Source: a virus
DNA length: 39,286 nucleotides
Direction: 5' to 3' (one strand)
IMG/VR virus record: IMGVR_UViG_3300014957_000001
The translations under genes and the position numbers were made by a program. The notes beneath the pieces were generated by a model. That model saw only the letters and a program-made list of their open reading frames with translations. It was not told the origin of the DNA and made no database searches. Below are positions 7,460 to 15,929 of this stretch, piece by piece; the first letter of the stretch is position 1; each line of letters starts with the position of its first letter.

Positions 7460-7737
7460 AAGAACTATTCGACGTAAAAATATCAGCACAGCGCAATCTT
7501 GAGCGCGCAGGCCGTACATTCTCGATTACAGCATGGGAATATCGGAAAGCAATCAGAAATAATGCAGAACAGAGAGTTGTCGACGCTTTACGATATAAAG
7601 TAGCCGAACATCGCGCAGATATGGAAGACGCTGCCGACCATCATGAACGCATCATGGAAAAATGGTATAAATTCCGTCCTGCTGATCGTCATAAAATCGG
7701 TATTGTATTAATGCCGTCCGATGTATATGTCAAATAA
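7456..7737 (+). CDS. Hypothetical protein (93 aa)
   Basis: AAAGGAG SD and ATGA coupling to the upstream ORF. Confidence 0.7.
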   Translation: MKELFDVKISAQRNLERAGRTFSITAWEYRKAIRNNAEQRVVDALRYKVAEHRADMEDAADHHERIMEKWYKFRPADRHKIGIVLMPSDVYVK

Positions 7738-7749
7738 AAGGAGGAATAT

Positions 7750-8142
7750 ATGTCAGCAACAATAATGGCTGCAATAGCAACTACGCAAGCAGCATTGGCA
7801 ACTATCGGCGCACATAATGTGCAAGTTGCGCAATGCAAAGAATTATTGCCAATATTTAACGCTCAAACTGCAACAATTTCAGAAATACAAGAGTATGCTC
7901 AATGCGTCCAAATTCTATACCCAAAAGAATTAGGGGTGGATGTGATAATTGCGCTAAAAATCCTATTTATATTTGCATTAATTGGCATGTTGTTCGCCAT
8001 ATGGGGAACATGGAAAAAAGATCGTCAATTCGCAGAATTTTATGATTATATCATAATGGGTGTAATCGGATTTATTATTACACCATTTTTAATCTTGCTA
8101 TTAGCGTTAATTTGTTATGGCATATTCTGGTTATTCTCATAG
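7750..8142 (+). CDS. Integral membrane protein (130 aa, about 3 TM segments)
   Basis: AAGGAGG SD. Hydrophobic stretches IIALKILFIFALIGMLFAIWG and IIMGVIGFIITPFLILLLALICYGIFWLF. Confidence 0.7.
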   Translation: MSATIMAAIATTQAALATIGAHNVQVAQCKELLPIFNAQTATISEIQEYAQCVQILYPKELGVDVIIALKILFIFALIGMLFAIWGTWKKDRQFAEFYDYIIMGVIGFIITPFLILLLALICYGIFWLFS

Positions 8143-8150
8143 GGGCAATC

Positions 8151-8375
8151 ATGAACAATATTGAACAAGTAATTGATACACGTGTACATTTTAGATCAAG
8201 CGTTCCAAAATGCTCCACTGCGGAACAGTACGAAAGCTGGAAACAGATAGCACGGCTGGCAGTCCCTAATAAATATGGATTCTGTGAGGATTGCACACTA
8301 GATTTTCAATCTAAGATGATCCGCGCTCGTAAATGCGAAAACCCGCATGTGATTATTACAGATATTTCCGATTAA
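8151..8375 (+). CDS. Hypothetical Cys-containing protein (74 aa)
   Basis: ATG 8151 (MNNIEQV...) follows AGGGG. The 8112 start would overlap the membrane-protein gene. Confidence 0.55.
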   Translation: MNNIEQVIDTRVHFRSSVPKCSTAEQYESWKQIARLAVPNKYGFCEDCTLDFQSKMIRARKCENPHVIITDISD

Positions 8376-10555
8376 TCCCTTCCAGTGGCGCGTATGCTTT
8401 GTTGTAGCTCTCGCGCCTCTTGTTGCCTCTGTCTTGTTCTTTCGGCTTCCTCTTGGTAGATTAAATGCGCCCGTGGATTTACTGTAAATTGTGTAGGCCT
8501 TTTGGCTGTTCCATCTATGCCATTCTTTGGTATCAACCAAGAAAATTCTATCATCCTGTCTAGGCAATCGTGCATAACCGATACTGGCTGATCTCGCCAA
8601 GCATACGGGCCATCCTTGTGCATCTGGGTCGTAGTTGTTTCGGTCAGATTCTCAGCTACTAACCATGCCGCTAAAAACTTCGCGCCCTTGCTAGAGTCAG
8701 TCTCACAGACGACTGATTCATAAAATGCAACCATGTGCTGCAATATATGTTTAATCATATAATCAACAGCTTGTTGCGCTGTTACTTCCGAGACTTCTAT
8801 ATTGGTTGGATGAATTTTTCCTGCACAATCAACAACATGGAAGCATAGCATCATCCTTGCAATTATCCCTTCCCACTTTCCGAGTGCGGTTATAAATGCC
8901 TTGCTTATCATGCCGCTATTAATAATCCGGTAGATATACTTAACAGCATCCCTGTAAATAAAATAAGCCGGGACGCTTAACCTAACATAGTAATCATTAG
9001 GTTTTAAATCTGCTATATATTCCAACACTTGCCGCCATGCGTCCGCATAATCTGTATTGATAGCACGTTCAGCAGCTTGCCCACCTTTTTGGTTAGATGT
9101 TACGATTAAAAACCTTTGAAGCAATCCGTCATCATCCATTTTGCTTGCTAGTGCTGCCAATTTTGCAGGCTGTATCCCGCCGGATATGGTCGCGCTCCAA
9201 TTCTCTATGATATATGAGCCAGCTCCGACCTTATCAATCTGCATTTGTCCACCATTGTAAGCACGTAACCATAATGGCCTATCAGCGTTAACCCCATATG
9301 CTTTGTAAGCGTCCATAGAGCCGATCCAAGCCGATATTTCGTCATTGTGTATATATACACCTGACGGCATATCCTGCAACGCTCTTTCGAGTCCTTCACG
9401 GGTTAAAACATCACATTTTATACGCCGCCTTTCATATCGCTCAGGCTGTTTTGGTTCTTCAACCTCTGGATGCTTTGAATCAAGACTTGCAATGGTGTAT
9501 TTTTTTAATTGTGCCGCATATCTTGCATCGGCAATTTCTTGTTTTTGCTTGATAATTGCGTCGTCTTTCGCTACTTTTTTTGCAATAGCATCAACAGGTT
9601 TTAATACTGCATCCATGATCGGGGATTTTTTAGCCGAAGATTCGCCGCAACAGATAGTCCAAAGCCTGGCGGATTCATAAAATCCGTCCTTAACCTTTAA
9701 CTTTATTCTGTCATCCAATAAACCAGCTACAGCAGATAATGCAATAATTCCACCAAAAGCTGGATCAGTATTAATAACTTCAGCCAAATCAAACACATGG
9801 TCATCAATCACCTTTGGCAATAACCCGCGCTTTAACGGTTGAGCGGCAAATTTTTCAAACAAATTAATTGGTTCAGGATATTTGTCTGCGGTAGCCAAAT
9901 ATTCTTCAGGTAAAGGCGGTGGTATTCTTGGTTCAACTATCGGTATGGTATAGGTGTATATTCTTGACTCTAACCATTCACTCATTGTTTCACTATTCCA
10001 ATTACCAAATTCATTTGATAAATTCCAATCATCAGGCATTCCGTCAACATTGACAATCTGCACATTGCATTCTAATTTAGTTAGGATATAACCTATTTTT
10101 TGCAATGACCGGATGCCTTCATCGTTGTTAATAGGCAATAAAATTACATTCCTACCAGATAGATAATCCCATTTAATTGCTCTTGCAGTATTAATTCCGC
10201 CCCGCCAAGCCAAGCAAACCATATCAGGCAATAATTCTCTGGCTATATCAGCAGATTCTTCTCCATTACATACAAACACGGTTTTATCTGGATATTTTGC
10301 AAGCAAATCAAGACCATATAAAGGTCTTTGCCCCCATGCCCAACCGTAATAGTTCCAGCTTTTGCGTACATTTTCACTTCTTGCGCCATATGCAAATTCT
10401 TTATATGCAATCCCAGTGGCGGTTTTATACTTTGCAACATACCCAATACACTCGCCTTTTGGTGAGTTATACCGCCAATATTGCATTGTCTTGCCCATTC
10501 TAGGCATAGAGTCTTTAGGGGCTGGATAATTTAACCATGGAGCAGGATTAGCCAT
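8372..10555 (-). CDS. Replication protein: Toprim-type primase domain fused to a DUF3987/helicase-like domain
   Basis: Toprim-like VFVCNGEESADIA and ILLPINNDEG. C-terminal pattern ESSAKKSPIMD...IHNDEISAWIGSM...GGIQP...DGLLQRFLIV resembles DUF3987. Confidence 0.7.
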   Translation of the reverse strand: MANPAPWLNYPAPKDSMPRMGKTMQYWRYNSPKGECIGYVAKYKTATGIAYKEFAYGARSENVRKSWNYYGWAWGQRPLYGLDLLAKYPDKTVFVCNGEESADIARELLPDMVCLAWRGGINTARAIKWDYLSGRNVILLPINNDEGIRSLQKIGYILTKLECNVQIVNVDGMPDDWNLSNEFGNWNSETMSEWLESRIYTYTIPIVEPRIPPPLPEEYLATADKYPEPINLFEKFAAQPLKRGLLPKVIDDHVFDLAEVINTDPAFGGIIALSAVAGLLDDRIKLKVKDGFYESARLWTICCGESSAKKSPIMDAVLKPVDAIAKKVAKDDAIIKQKQEIADARYAAQLKKYTIASLDSKHPEVEEPKQPERYERRRIKCDVLTREGLERALQDMPSGVYIHNDEISAWIGSMDAYKAYGVNADRPLWLRAYNGGQMQIDKVGAGSYIIENWSATISGGIQPAKLAALASKMDDDGLLQRFLIVTSNQKGGQAAERAINTDYADAWRQVLEYIADLKPNDYYVRLSVPAYFIYRDAVKYIYRIINSGMISKAFITALGKWEGIIARMMLCFHVVDCAGKIHPTNIEVSEVTAQQAVDYMIKHILQHMVAFYESVVCETDSSKGAKFLAAWLVAENLTETTTTQMHKDGPYAWRDQPVSVMHDCLDRMIEFSWLIPKNGIDGTAKRPTQFTVNPRAHLIYQEEAERTRQRQQEARELQQSIRATGRD

Positions 10556-11084
10556 TATTTGCCTCTCTTGCTAGTTTTCTATACTTAATACAAATTCCTT
10601 CCAATTCCGAAATACTCCATTTTTTAAACTCAGGCGGTGACTCAAGTAAATCCACCTTGTCCTGCCCTATTTTTTTAATTAATTCAATCCTGTAACTCAA
10701 TAAATTACCATGCAAATGTGTATTACACGGCTGGCATTGCTTATGTACGTTGTCTTCATTAAACCGCAAAGACGGGCGGATTGATGTAGCCATATAATGC
10801 CCTGCATGATATTGGCCTGTATGATGCCTTCCGCAGCTTATACAAGGTTCATCCTTGTCCCTATACCTAATATACAAATTAAACGCAGCCTGTGCGTCTT
10901 TAAGCCATTCTCTGCGGGTCTTTAACTTCTTCCTTTCCTCTCTTTGTTCTTTCCTGATTGCTTTTAGCTTATTTTTAGCTGTTAAAACGTTGGCACATTC
11001 CCATCCGCACACAATTTGCAAAGGTTTGGATGGGGTAAACTTCTCGCCACATGATTTGCATTTCTTAGTCTTTAACTGGCTCAT
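10548..11084 (-). CDS. ninG: NinG/Rap-like recombination endonuclease
   Basis: N-terminal CKSCGEKF...CGWEC. Also CISCG...HAGHY...RFNEDNVHKQCQPCN...GNLLSYR, as in lambda NinG. Confidence 0.75.
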   Translation of the reverse strand: MSQLKTKKCKSCGEKFTPSKPLQIVCGWECANVLTAKNKLKAIRKEQREERKKLKTRREWLKDAQAAFNLYIRYRDKDEPCISCGRHHTGQYHAGHYMATSIRPSLRFNEDNVHKQCQPCNTHLHGNLLSYRIELIKKIGQDKVDLLESPPEFKKWSISELEGICIKYRKLAREANNG

Positions 11085-11343
11085 ACTTTGATTGCATCGT
11101 TTCGTCGTTCCAGAATTTAATCTCTCCGTTTCCTTGTTTTAAGATCCAATCAGTCCTTCTGAGCGTGTTGCAATACGAATTGTCTTTGTAAATCTGGATG
11201 TAATCCCTGAATAATTCTCCACGGAATCCATTGCTTTCAAGACAATCCAGTATTTTATCTGTGTTATCACCTGTCCACTGAATACGCTTTCCTTTTCTTG
11301 CGCGTCTAACACATTGCTCCAAAATTTCATCGCTCTCACTCAT
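11065..11343 (-). CDS. Hypothetical protein (92 aa)
   Basis: ATGA start/stop coupling with the upstream gene, within the operon. Confidence 0.6.
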   Translation of the reverse strand: MSESDEILEQCVRRARKGKRIQWTGDNTDKILDCLESNGFRGELFRDYIQIYKDNSYCNTLRRTDWILKQGNGEIKFWNDETMQSKYEPVKD

Positions 11344-11678
11344 TCTGCAACCTCTTTTAATGACATTAAGAAATTAACTGCTTGTTCGTTATTTTTAACA
11401 ATACTTCCATCCTTAATCGACAAAGCGCCAGATGTGGCACTCCATCCACTTGCATAGTAAACAGTGCCAGTCACTGCATCCATCCAGCATAGCCATTGCG
11501 CCATAATGATTGGCGTAATAACCCTGATTGAGCCTGCAATATCTGCCGTCCAAAGGTCATGATCGGCAATCCATCGCTCTTTTTTATCCTTCTTCGCGCC
11601 GGGAAGGAATACGTCCATACTTCGCACACAAAACCCTTCTTCGCCCGGCGTTTTAGCAACTGCTTTTGTTTTAATCAT
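11340..11678 (-). CDS. Hypothetical protein (112 aa from MIKTKAV...)
   Basis: GGGAG lies 5 nt upstream of ATG 11678, which also forms ATGA with the stop of the upstream 56-aa ORF. Confidence 0.6.
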   Translation of the reverse strand: MIKTKAVAKTPGEEGFCVRSMDVFLPGAKKDKKERWIADHDLWTADIAGSIRVITPIIMAQWLCWMDAVTGTVYYASGWSATSGALSIKDGSIVKNNEQAVNFLMSLKEVAE

Positions 11679-11845
11679 TGTTTCTCCCATTTGTCACATC
11701 CTTTAGCAGCTTCCAAATCCCTGTTATGCCCTTCGCCTATCAACTTCCTGTGCAGTCCACACCACCAGCGAGCCACCAAGCATAACTTGCTAGTCTTAGA
11801 TGGTGTATAGCGTCTGTGTTTGCAGGTGGAGCATTTATTTTTCAT
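11675..11845 (-). CDS. Small Cys-rich protein, 56 aa (MKNKCSTCKHRRYTPSKTSKLCLVARWWCGLH...)
   Basis: ATGA coupling at both ends fills an otherwise empty 150-nt gap. Below the track cutoff. Confidence 0.5.
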   Translation of the reverse strand: MKNKCSTCKHRRYTPSKTSKLCLVARWWCGLHRKLIGEGHNRDLEAAKGCDKWEKQ

Positions 11846-12228
11846 GCTCTTTGTTTTTTAGCCAAGTTATTTGTTATCTCAGCTATACGACGCTTGTTTT
11901 CTTCAATCTGCTCCGGTGTCAATCTATGCACCAATTGCAATTTATTAACTTCTGGCCTGTACGTTTTGCAAAGTGCTAAAAACTGCCCTTGTGTCGGCGG
12001 GTTATTACCAGTATCAAGTTTTGCAAGATCAATGCCATGCTTAATTGCTCCTAGAGAACATCCTTGCAATGCGTCTGCCCAGTCCTTCCATACATCCTGC
12101 ATATCCTGCCCTTGCCATAAATCAGCCTGCCTTTTCCCATAGGCCATTGCCAAGTTTTGGAATATCCTCTGCACCGCTTCCAATTGCTTGTTGATTGGTA
12201 ATGTCGATAATCTTGTGTCCAGTTCCAT
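11842..12228 (-). CDS. Lambda P-like replication (helicase-loader) protein, N-terminal-domain-like
   Basis: WKDWADAL...NNPPTQGQFLALCK parallels lambda P ...RQNRPFLPSPGQFVAWC. Strong SD (AGGAGAG). Lies directly after the O-like gene. Confidence 0.5.
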   Translation of the reverse strand: MELDTRLSTLPINKQLEAVQRIFQNLAMAYGKRQADLWQGQDMQDVWKDWADALQGCSLGAIKHGIDLAKLDTGNNPPTQGQFLALCKTYRPEVNKLQLVHRLTPEQIEENKRRIAEITNNLAKKQRA

Positions 12229-12994
12229 TGTTCTCTCCTATCGGTGCGAATATCTGCCTCATAGTGTCTGAAATTGAATCATGATGACTCCTTGGCCTAT
12301 TAACAATCGCTTGCGGCTCGTCATGCCATCGCCCTTGATTAATATACGTTAACGGATTTGGGATGTACCTACCATCGTCTGTTAACCACTGGTCTGACTT
12401 TGATTGCCATAACAACGCTACCAGAACATCATCAATTGGCGGTTTATTTTTTATCCAAGCTTTTTTTGCTGCAATTTTTCCGGATTTTTTTGGGTAGGCA
12501 TCCCAAAATCTGTCGAATTCATCACCGTCATGCACAGAGGGTTTAGGTTTTAATGGTTTATAGTTAGTGGTTAGTGGTTTATGGTTAGTGGTTAGGGTTA
12601 CGGTTGGGTTATTTTGGGTTAGCGTTGGGTTATTTTCTGAAACCACTTGGGTTATTTTGGGTTTCGTTTGGGTTTTTGGCCTGCCACCTAACTTGCCATT
12701 TTCCTTGTTTTTGTCACACTGAGCATGATATTCGCAAATATCATCATCAATCCGCTTGTGATGCCATCCGTCTCCACACTCAAAAAAGAAGTCTTGGAGT
12801 ACATTTTGTACATTATTCTCTAATTCAGAACCCAAACATAACCGCCTGGTAACCACTTGGGTTATTTTGGGTATTGGCTTTTCATCTAAATAATACCAGT
12901 CAATTAACGTTCGATAGATATAATGCTCTATCGGAGTTAAGTGCATGGTATCTTTACGATAATCAGCTATGTTGAATTGATAATAGTGCATCAT
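12122..12994 (-). CDS. DUF1376 (YdaU-like) protein, candidate replication initiator (O-like)
   Basis: N-terminus YYQFNIADYRKDTMHLTPIEHYIYRTLIDWYYLDEKPIP is the DUF1376 pattern. The central low-complexity linker is encoded by the iteron DNA. Confidence 0.65.
   Translation of the reverse strand: MMHYYQFNIADYRKDTMHLTPIEHYIYRTLIDWYYLDEKPIPKITQVVTRRLCLGSELENNVQNVLQDFFFECGDGWHHKRIDDDICEYHAQCDKNKENGKLGGRPKTQTKPKITQVVSENNPTLTQNNPTVTLTTNHKPLTTNYKPLKPKPSVHDGDEFDRFWDAYPKKSGKIAAKKAWIKNKPPIDDVLVALLWQSKSDQWLTDDGRYIPNPLTYINQGRWHDEPQAIVNRPRSHHDSISDTMRQIFAPIGENNGTGHKIIDITNQQAIGSGAEDIPKLGNGLWEKAG
12554..12672. repeat. Iteron cluster, candidate replication origin. Two tandem 21-bp units (12554-12595), then TTGGGTTATTTT at 12604, 12625 and 12647.
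   Basis: Direct reading shows 21-22-bp phasing. The repeats lie in the linker-coding part of the O-like gene. Confidence 0.6.
12851..12872. repeat. Fourth iteron: an exact 22-bp repeat (AACCACTTGGGTTATTTTGGGT) of 12641-12662
   Basis: 22/22 identity, 210 bp from the third iteron. Both copies encode PKITQVV. Confidence 0.7.
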
Positions 12995-13185
12995 TTATCC
13001 TTAGCCGTTAATATTTCACGCTTGGCATTTCTTAACGCTTTGATGAGCGTTTCAATATGAGCAAGCGGTATTTCTATCATATAATCTTCATTTGATGATG
13101 AAATTTGATGGATCGTTACAGAGCCAATTTTATTGACAAAAACATGGGTTTCTTCGCATGCATTAAATACCAAGGTTTTATCCAT
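12991..13185 (-). CDS. Hypothetical protein (64 aa)
   Basis: ATGA coupling to the O-like gene. Confidence 0.6.
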   Translation of the reverse strand: MDKTLVFNACEETHVFVNKIGSVTIHQISSSNEDYMIEIPLAHIETLIKALRNAKREILTAKDK

Positions 13186-13293
13186 TTATTTCACCATCGC
13201 CATAATAATTGGTGTCCACGTAGCAATACATAGCATAAAAATACCAAGCAATGCCCAACCGATAAATGTTATTCCGATATATGTTTCCATCAT
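13186..13293 (-). CDS. Micro-ORF, 35-aa membrane peptide (MMETYIGITFIGWALLGIFMLCIATWTPIIMAMVK)
   Basis: AAGGAG SD. Its ATG overlaps the stop of the Cro-like gene, and its stop abuts the next ATG. Confidence 0.5.
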   Translation of the reverse strand: MMETYIGITFIGWALLGIFMLCIATWTPIIMAMVK

Positions 13294-13502
13294 AACTCCT
13301 TTATTTTTGGTGGTTTATTGGCTTTGTTCTTATACCGATTGAATAATTTTTGATTATCCAGGTAGATTTGCGGCGGGATGCCAAGCCGTAACCAGTTATG
13401 CACCCTTTGCTTTGAGAAGCCGAAACGTTTTGCAACAGCACTAACTCCACCCATACTATTGATTATCTTGACATGCTCAAGAATGTCTTTAATTTTCTTC
13501 AC
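13290..13502 (-). CDS. Cro/YdaS-like HTH regulator (70 aa, GTG start)
   Basis: GGAGG lies 5 nt upstream of GTG 13502. MGGVSAVAKRFGFSKQRVHNWLRLGIP is a Cro/YdaS-type HTH. It is the first gene of the leftward replication block. Confidence 0.65.
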   Translation of the reverse strand: MKKIKDILEHVKIINSMGGVSAVAKRFGFSKQRVHNWLRLGIPPQIYLDNQKLFNRYKNKANKPPKIKEL

Positions 13503-13535
13503 TTCCACCTCCAATTTGTTATTGACAACACGAGC

Positions 13536-13565
13536 ATAGTAATACAGAATAAAAAGAAAAGTCAA
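13536..13565 (-). promoter_or_regulatory. Candidate leftward promoter of the replication block
   Basis: On the minus strand, TTGACT (13565-13560), an 18-nt spacer, then TACTAT (13541-13536), about 35 nt upstream of the GTG start. Confidence 0.35.
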
Positions 13566-13664
13566 ATGTAGTTTTGAAGAATAAAAATAATTATTTTGTA
13601 AAATATGTTTACTTTTCTAAAAAAGTGTTTTATGATGCGTCATCAATTACACAAAGGGGCAATA

Positions 13665-13982
13665 ATGAAAACTTACGATCCACTAACCGACGATGATTAC
13701 AGCCCTTTTGGTCATAAAGACCGTCAACAACCTTGGGGCAGGTATGTTTACTTCAATCTTGATGAAGCTATTACCAACCTAACCGATGCACAATGGAAAG
13801 AATATAACAATAAGTGCGTAGCGATTGAACATTACAAAGAGGATATTGTTGAGTGTAAAGATCGCTTACATAAATCAGTTAAACAAGAAGTTCTGCAACA
13901 AATGCAAGCCAAGTGCCATGAACACTTGATGGAATTAGTTAAAGATTACTGGATTGAAACTAAAAAGAGACTGGAGGATTAA
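13665..13982 (+). CDS. Hypothetical protein (105 aa)
   Basis: AAAGGGG SD before ATG 13665. First gene of the rightward block. Confidence 0.65.
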   Translation: MKTYDPLTDDDYSPFGHKDRQQPWGRYVYFNLDEAITNLTDAQWKEYNNKCVAIEHYKEDIVECKDRLHKSVKQEVLQQMQAKCHEHLMELVKDYWIETKKRLED

Positions 13983-14159
13983 ATGACTGAACCAGATCGT
14001 GATGATAATGGTAGATGGCAAGAAGAACAGGAACAAGAACAACAGGAACGTGAAATGGAATTTATGATGGAACGCGCCCGTGAACGAGACATGGAACGAA
14101 GAATTGCTCAATATGAACGAAGTATTGAATTGACACAACAGGAGAATGAAAATGGATAA
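13983..14159 (+). CDS. Small highly charged protein, 58 aa (MTEPDRDDNGRWQEEQEQEQQEREMEF...)
   Basis: GGAGG SD. Its ATG directly follows the upstream stop. Below the track cutoff. Confidence 0.55.
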   Translation: MTEPDRDDNGRWQEEQEQEQQEREMEFMMERARERDMERRIAQYERSIELTQQENENG

Positions 14160-14385
14160 GAGGGATGTGATTGCACTTGGGATACTGCCTGCTATCTATG
14201 CAGAGTATTTTGCAGGATTACGTAAGCAAGGTGCAGGGCCGCAAGATGAGCATTGGCGTGAAGGATTGGTGATGGATGCGTATATGATGGCAGATACCAT
14301 GATTGCGATGCGGAGCACGAAAGTTGGTGGTGAGCCGTCTCTAGTGTTTGGGGATATGCCGCCATTCCCAAGTATTAGAGATTAA
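14152..14385 (+). CDS. Hypothetical protein (77 aa)
   Basis: AGGAG lies 7 nt upstream of ATG 14152. The 14146 ATG is too close to the SD. Confidence 0.6.
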   Translation: MDKRDVIALGILPAIYAEYFAGLRKQGAGPQDEHWREGLVMDAYMMADTMIAMRSTKVGGEPSLVFGDMPPFPSIRD

Positions 14386-14422
14386 TTAGAGATTAATTAG
14401 AGATTAATTAGAGATTAATTAG
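14374..14422. repeat. 11-bp tandem repeat ATTAATTAGAG, about 4.5 copies
   Basis: attagag + 3 x attaattagag + attaattag. It spans the stop of the upstream gene and ends 21 nt before the Rad52-like start. Confidence 0.9.
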
Positions 14423-14443
14423 ATGTTTATAGGAGAAACAATA

Positions 14444-15088
14444 ATGGCTGAATTGAAATTTACAACAATGCGTGACCCAATACCTGCCAGGCTAATTAAC
14501 AAATTACCAAAACCTACCAAGCAACAAACAGACGAAGTTAAGGCGGATTATAAAAAAGGTGTTCGTTGCGATATTTGCGGTGGCTGGCATCATCCAAAAG
14601 TTGTTCACTTGGATTACTTTGGTCATGCTGCGCTTACATCTATGCTGTTGGATGTTGACCCAAATTGGACATGGGAGCCATTAGCATTGGGACAAGATGG
14701 ATTACCTGTAATAGATAGGGATGGCGGAATGTGGATTAAGCTAACAGTATTGGGTGTAACTAGGTTGGGTTATGGTGATGCACAAGGCAAGACTGGTGGT
14801 GATGCGATGAAAGAGCGTATTGGAGACGCTCTGCGTAACGCTGCAATGCGATTTGGTGCTGCTTTAGAGTTGTGGCACAAAGGTGACTTACATGGAGAAG
14901 AACCAGCTGCGATTGAGTATATAACAGCAGATCAAGTAACTGTGCTAGATGATCTAATAAAAGAATTGAAGGCAGACAAGAAGGTGGTTTTGGAATGGCT
15001 TAAAATTGAAAGTTTAGACTTGTTGACAACAGCAAATTATCAGAAAGCCGTTGATGCACTTAAAAAGAAACGCGAGGCAAGCAAATGA
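14444..15088 (+). CDS. Rad52/Sak-family single-strand annealing protein
   Basis: GYGDAQGKTGGDAMKERIGDALRNAAMRFGAALELW matches the Rad52/Sak signature. AGGAG SD before ATG 14444. Confidence 0.65.
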   Translation: MAELKFTTMRDPIPARLINKLPKPTKQQTDEVKADYKKGVRCDICGGWHHPKVVHLDYFGHAALTSMLLDVDPNWTWEPLALGQDGLPVIDRDGGMWIKLTVLGVTRLGYGDAQGKTGGDAMKERIGDALRNAAMRFGAALELWHKGDLHGEEPAAIEYITADQVTVLDDLIKELKADKKVVLEWLKIESLDLLTTANYQKAVDALKKKREASK

Positions 15089-15585
15089 ACTTATACGAAC
15101 TAACACAACAGCAACTAGAGCTAAAGCAGAAGCTCATGGAAATGAATTTAGATCAGCAAACAATAGCTGATACTATCGAAGGCTCATCACTTGAAATTTC
15201 CAAAAAGATTGAAAATTACGGCATTGTGCTGCGTGACAGAGAATCGTTTGTTGATGCAATCTCCAAAGAAATTGAACGATTAACAGAGCGGATGAATGCT
15301 GAGAAGAAGCGGATTGAACGCACAAAGAATTGGCTATTGTCTAGCATGGTTACGCTTGAAATTAAACAGGTAGAATGTCCATTTTTTACGATTGCAGTTC
15401 AAGATAATCCACCTAGTGTTGATGTATATAACGACAAACTTATACCAGCCGAATATATGCGAGTGCCTGAGCCTAAACCACCAGTTCCAGCACCAGACAA
15501 GAAATTGATATTGGCTGATCTCAAGGCTGGCAAGGAAGTTGCTGGATGTGTTCTAAAAAAAGATAAAAGGATAGTGATTAAATGA
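15085..15585 (+). CDS. Siphovirus Gp157-like protein
   Basis: N-terminus MNLYELTQQQLELKQKLMEM... plus coiled coil, with the size and position next to the annealase typical of the Gp157 family. Confidence 0.55.
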   Translation: MNLYELTQQQLELKQKLMEMNLDQQTIADTIEGSSLEISKKIENYGIVLRDRESFVDAISKEIERLTERMNAEKKRIERTKNWLLSSMVTLEIKQVECPFFTIAVQDNPPSVDVYNDKLIPAEYMRVPEPKPPVPAPDKKLILADLKAGKEVAGCVLKKDKRIVIK

Positions 15586-15926
15586 TAATAATCATGCCAG
15601 AAATTAATGAAGATGATATTTCAAAAGCACTTCGTCAGCTAACTAAGGATATTTGTACTAAAACAGGTGATAACCCATGTGGTGGCGGGTTAGGCGGGGA
15701 ATTTGGATATGGAGTTAATTATGAAAATGATGTATTCGAAATGTACCCGTATTGCTGGTGCGACAAAGATGATTGCCAATGGTGTGCTGGCGATGCTCCA
15801 AATTTCATACATAAAAAGACCGGAGCAACTATCACTTGGTACAAGTACATTGGGCGAGGTATGGAGATAAGCGATGGAGATTGGGCTGAGATATTTAATG
15901 AGTGTTTTGAAAGTATAGATGGGTGA
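15582..15926 (+). CDS. Hypothetical Cys-rich protein (114 aa)
   Basis: ATGA coupling. Contains YPYCWCDKDDCQWCAG. Confidence 0.65.
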   Translation: MIIIMPEINEDDISKALRQLTKDICTKTGDNPCGGGLGGEFGYGVNYENDVFEMYPYCWCDKDDCQWCAGDAPNFIHKKTGATITWYKYIGRGMEISDGDWAEIFNECFESIDG

Positions 15927-15929
15927 GCA

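Noticed and set aside
8298-8600. 100-aa minus-strand ORF overlapping the 3' end of the primase-like gene.
   Set aside because: It is an alternative frame of the same strand within a long gene. It is Arg-rich and junk-like, with no start signal.
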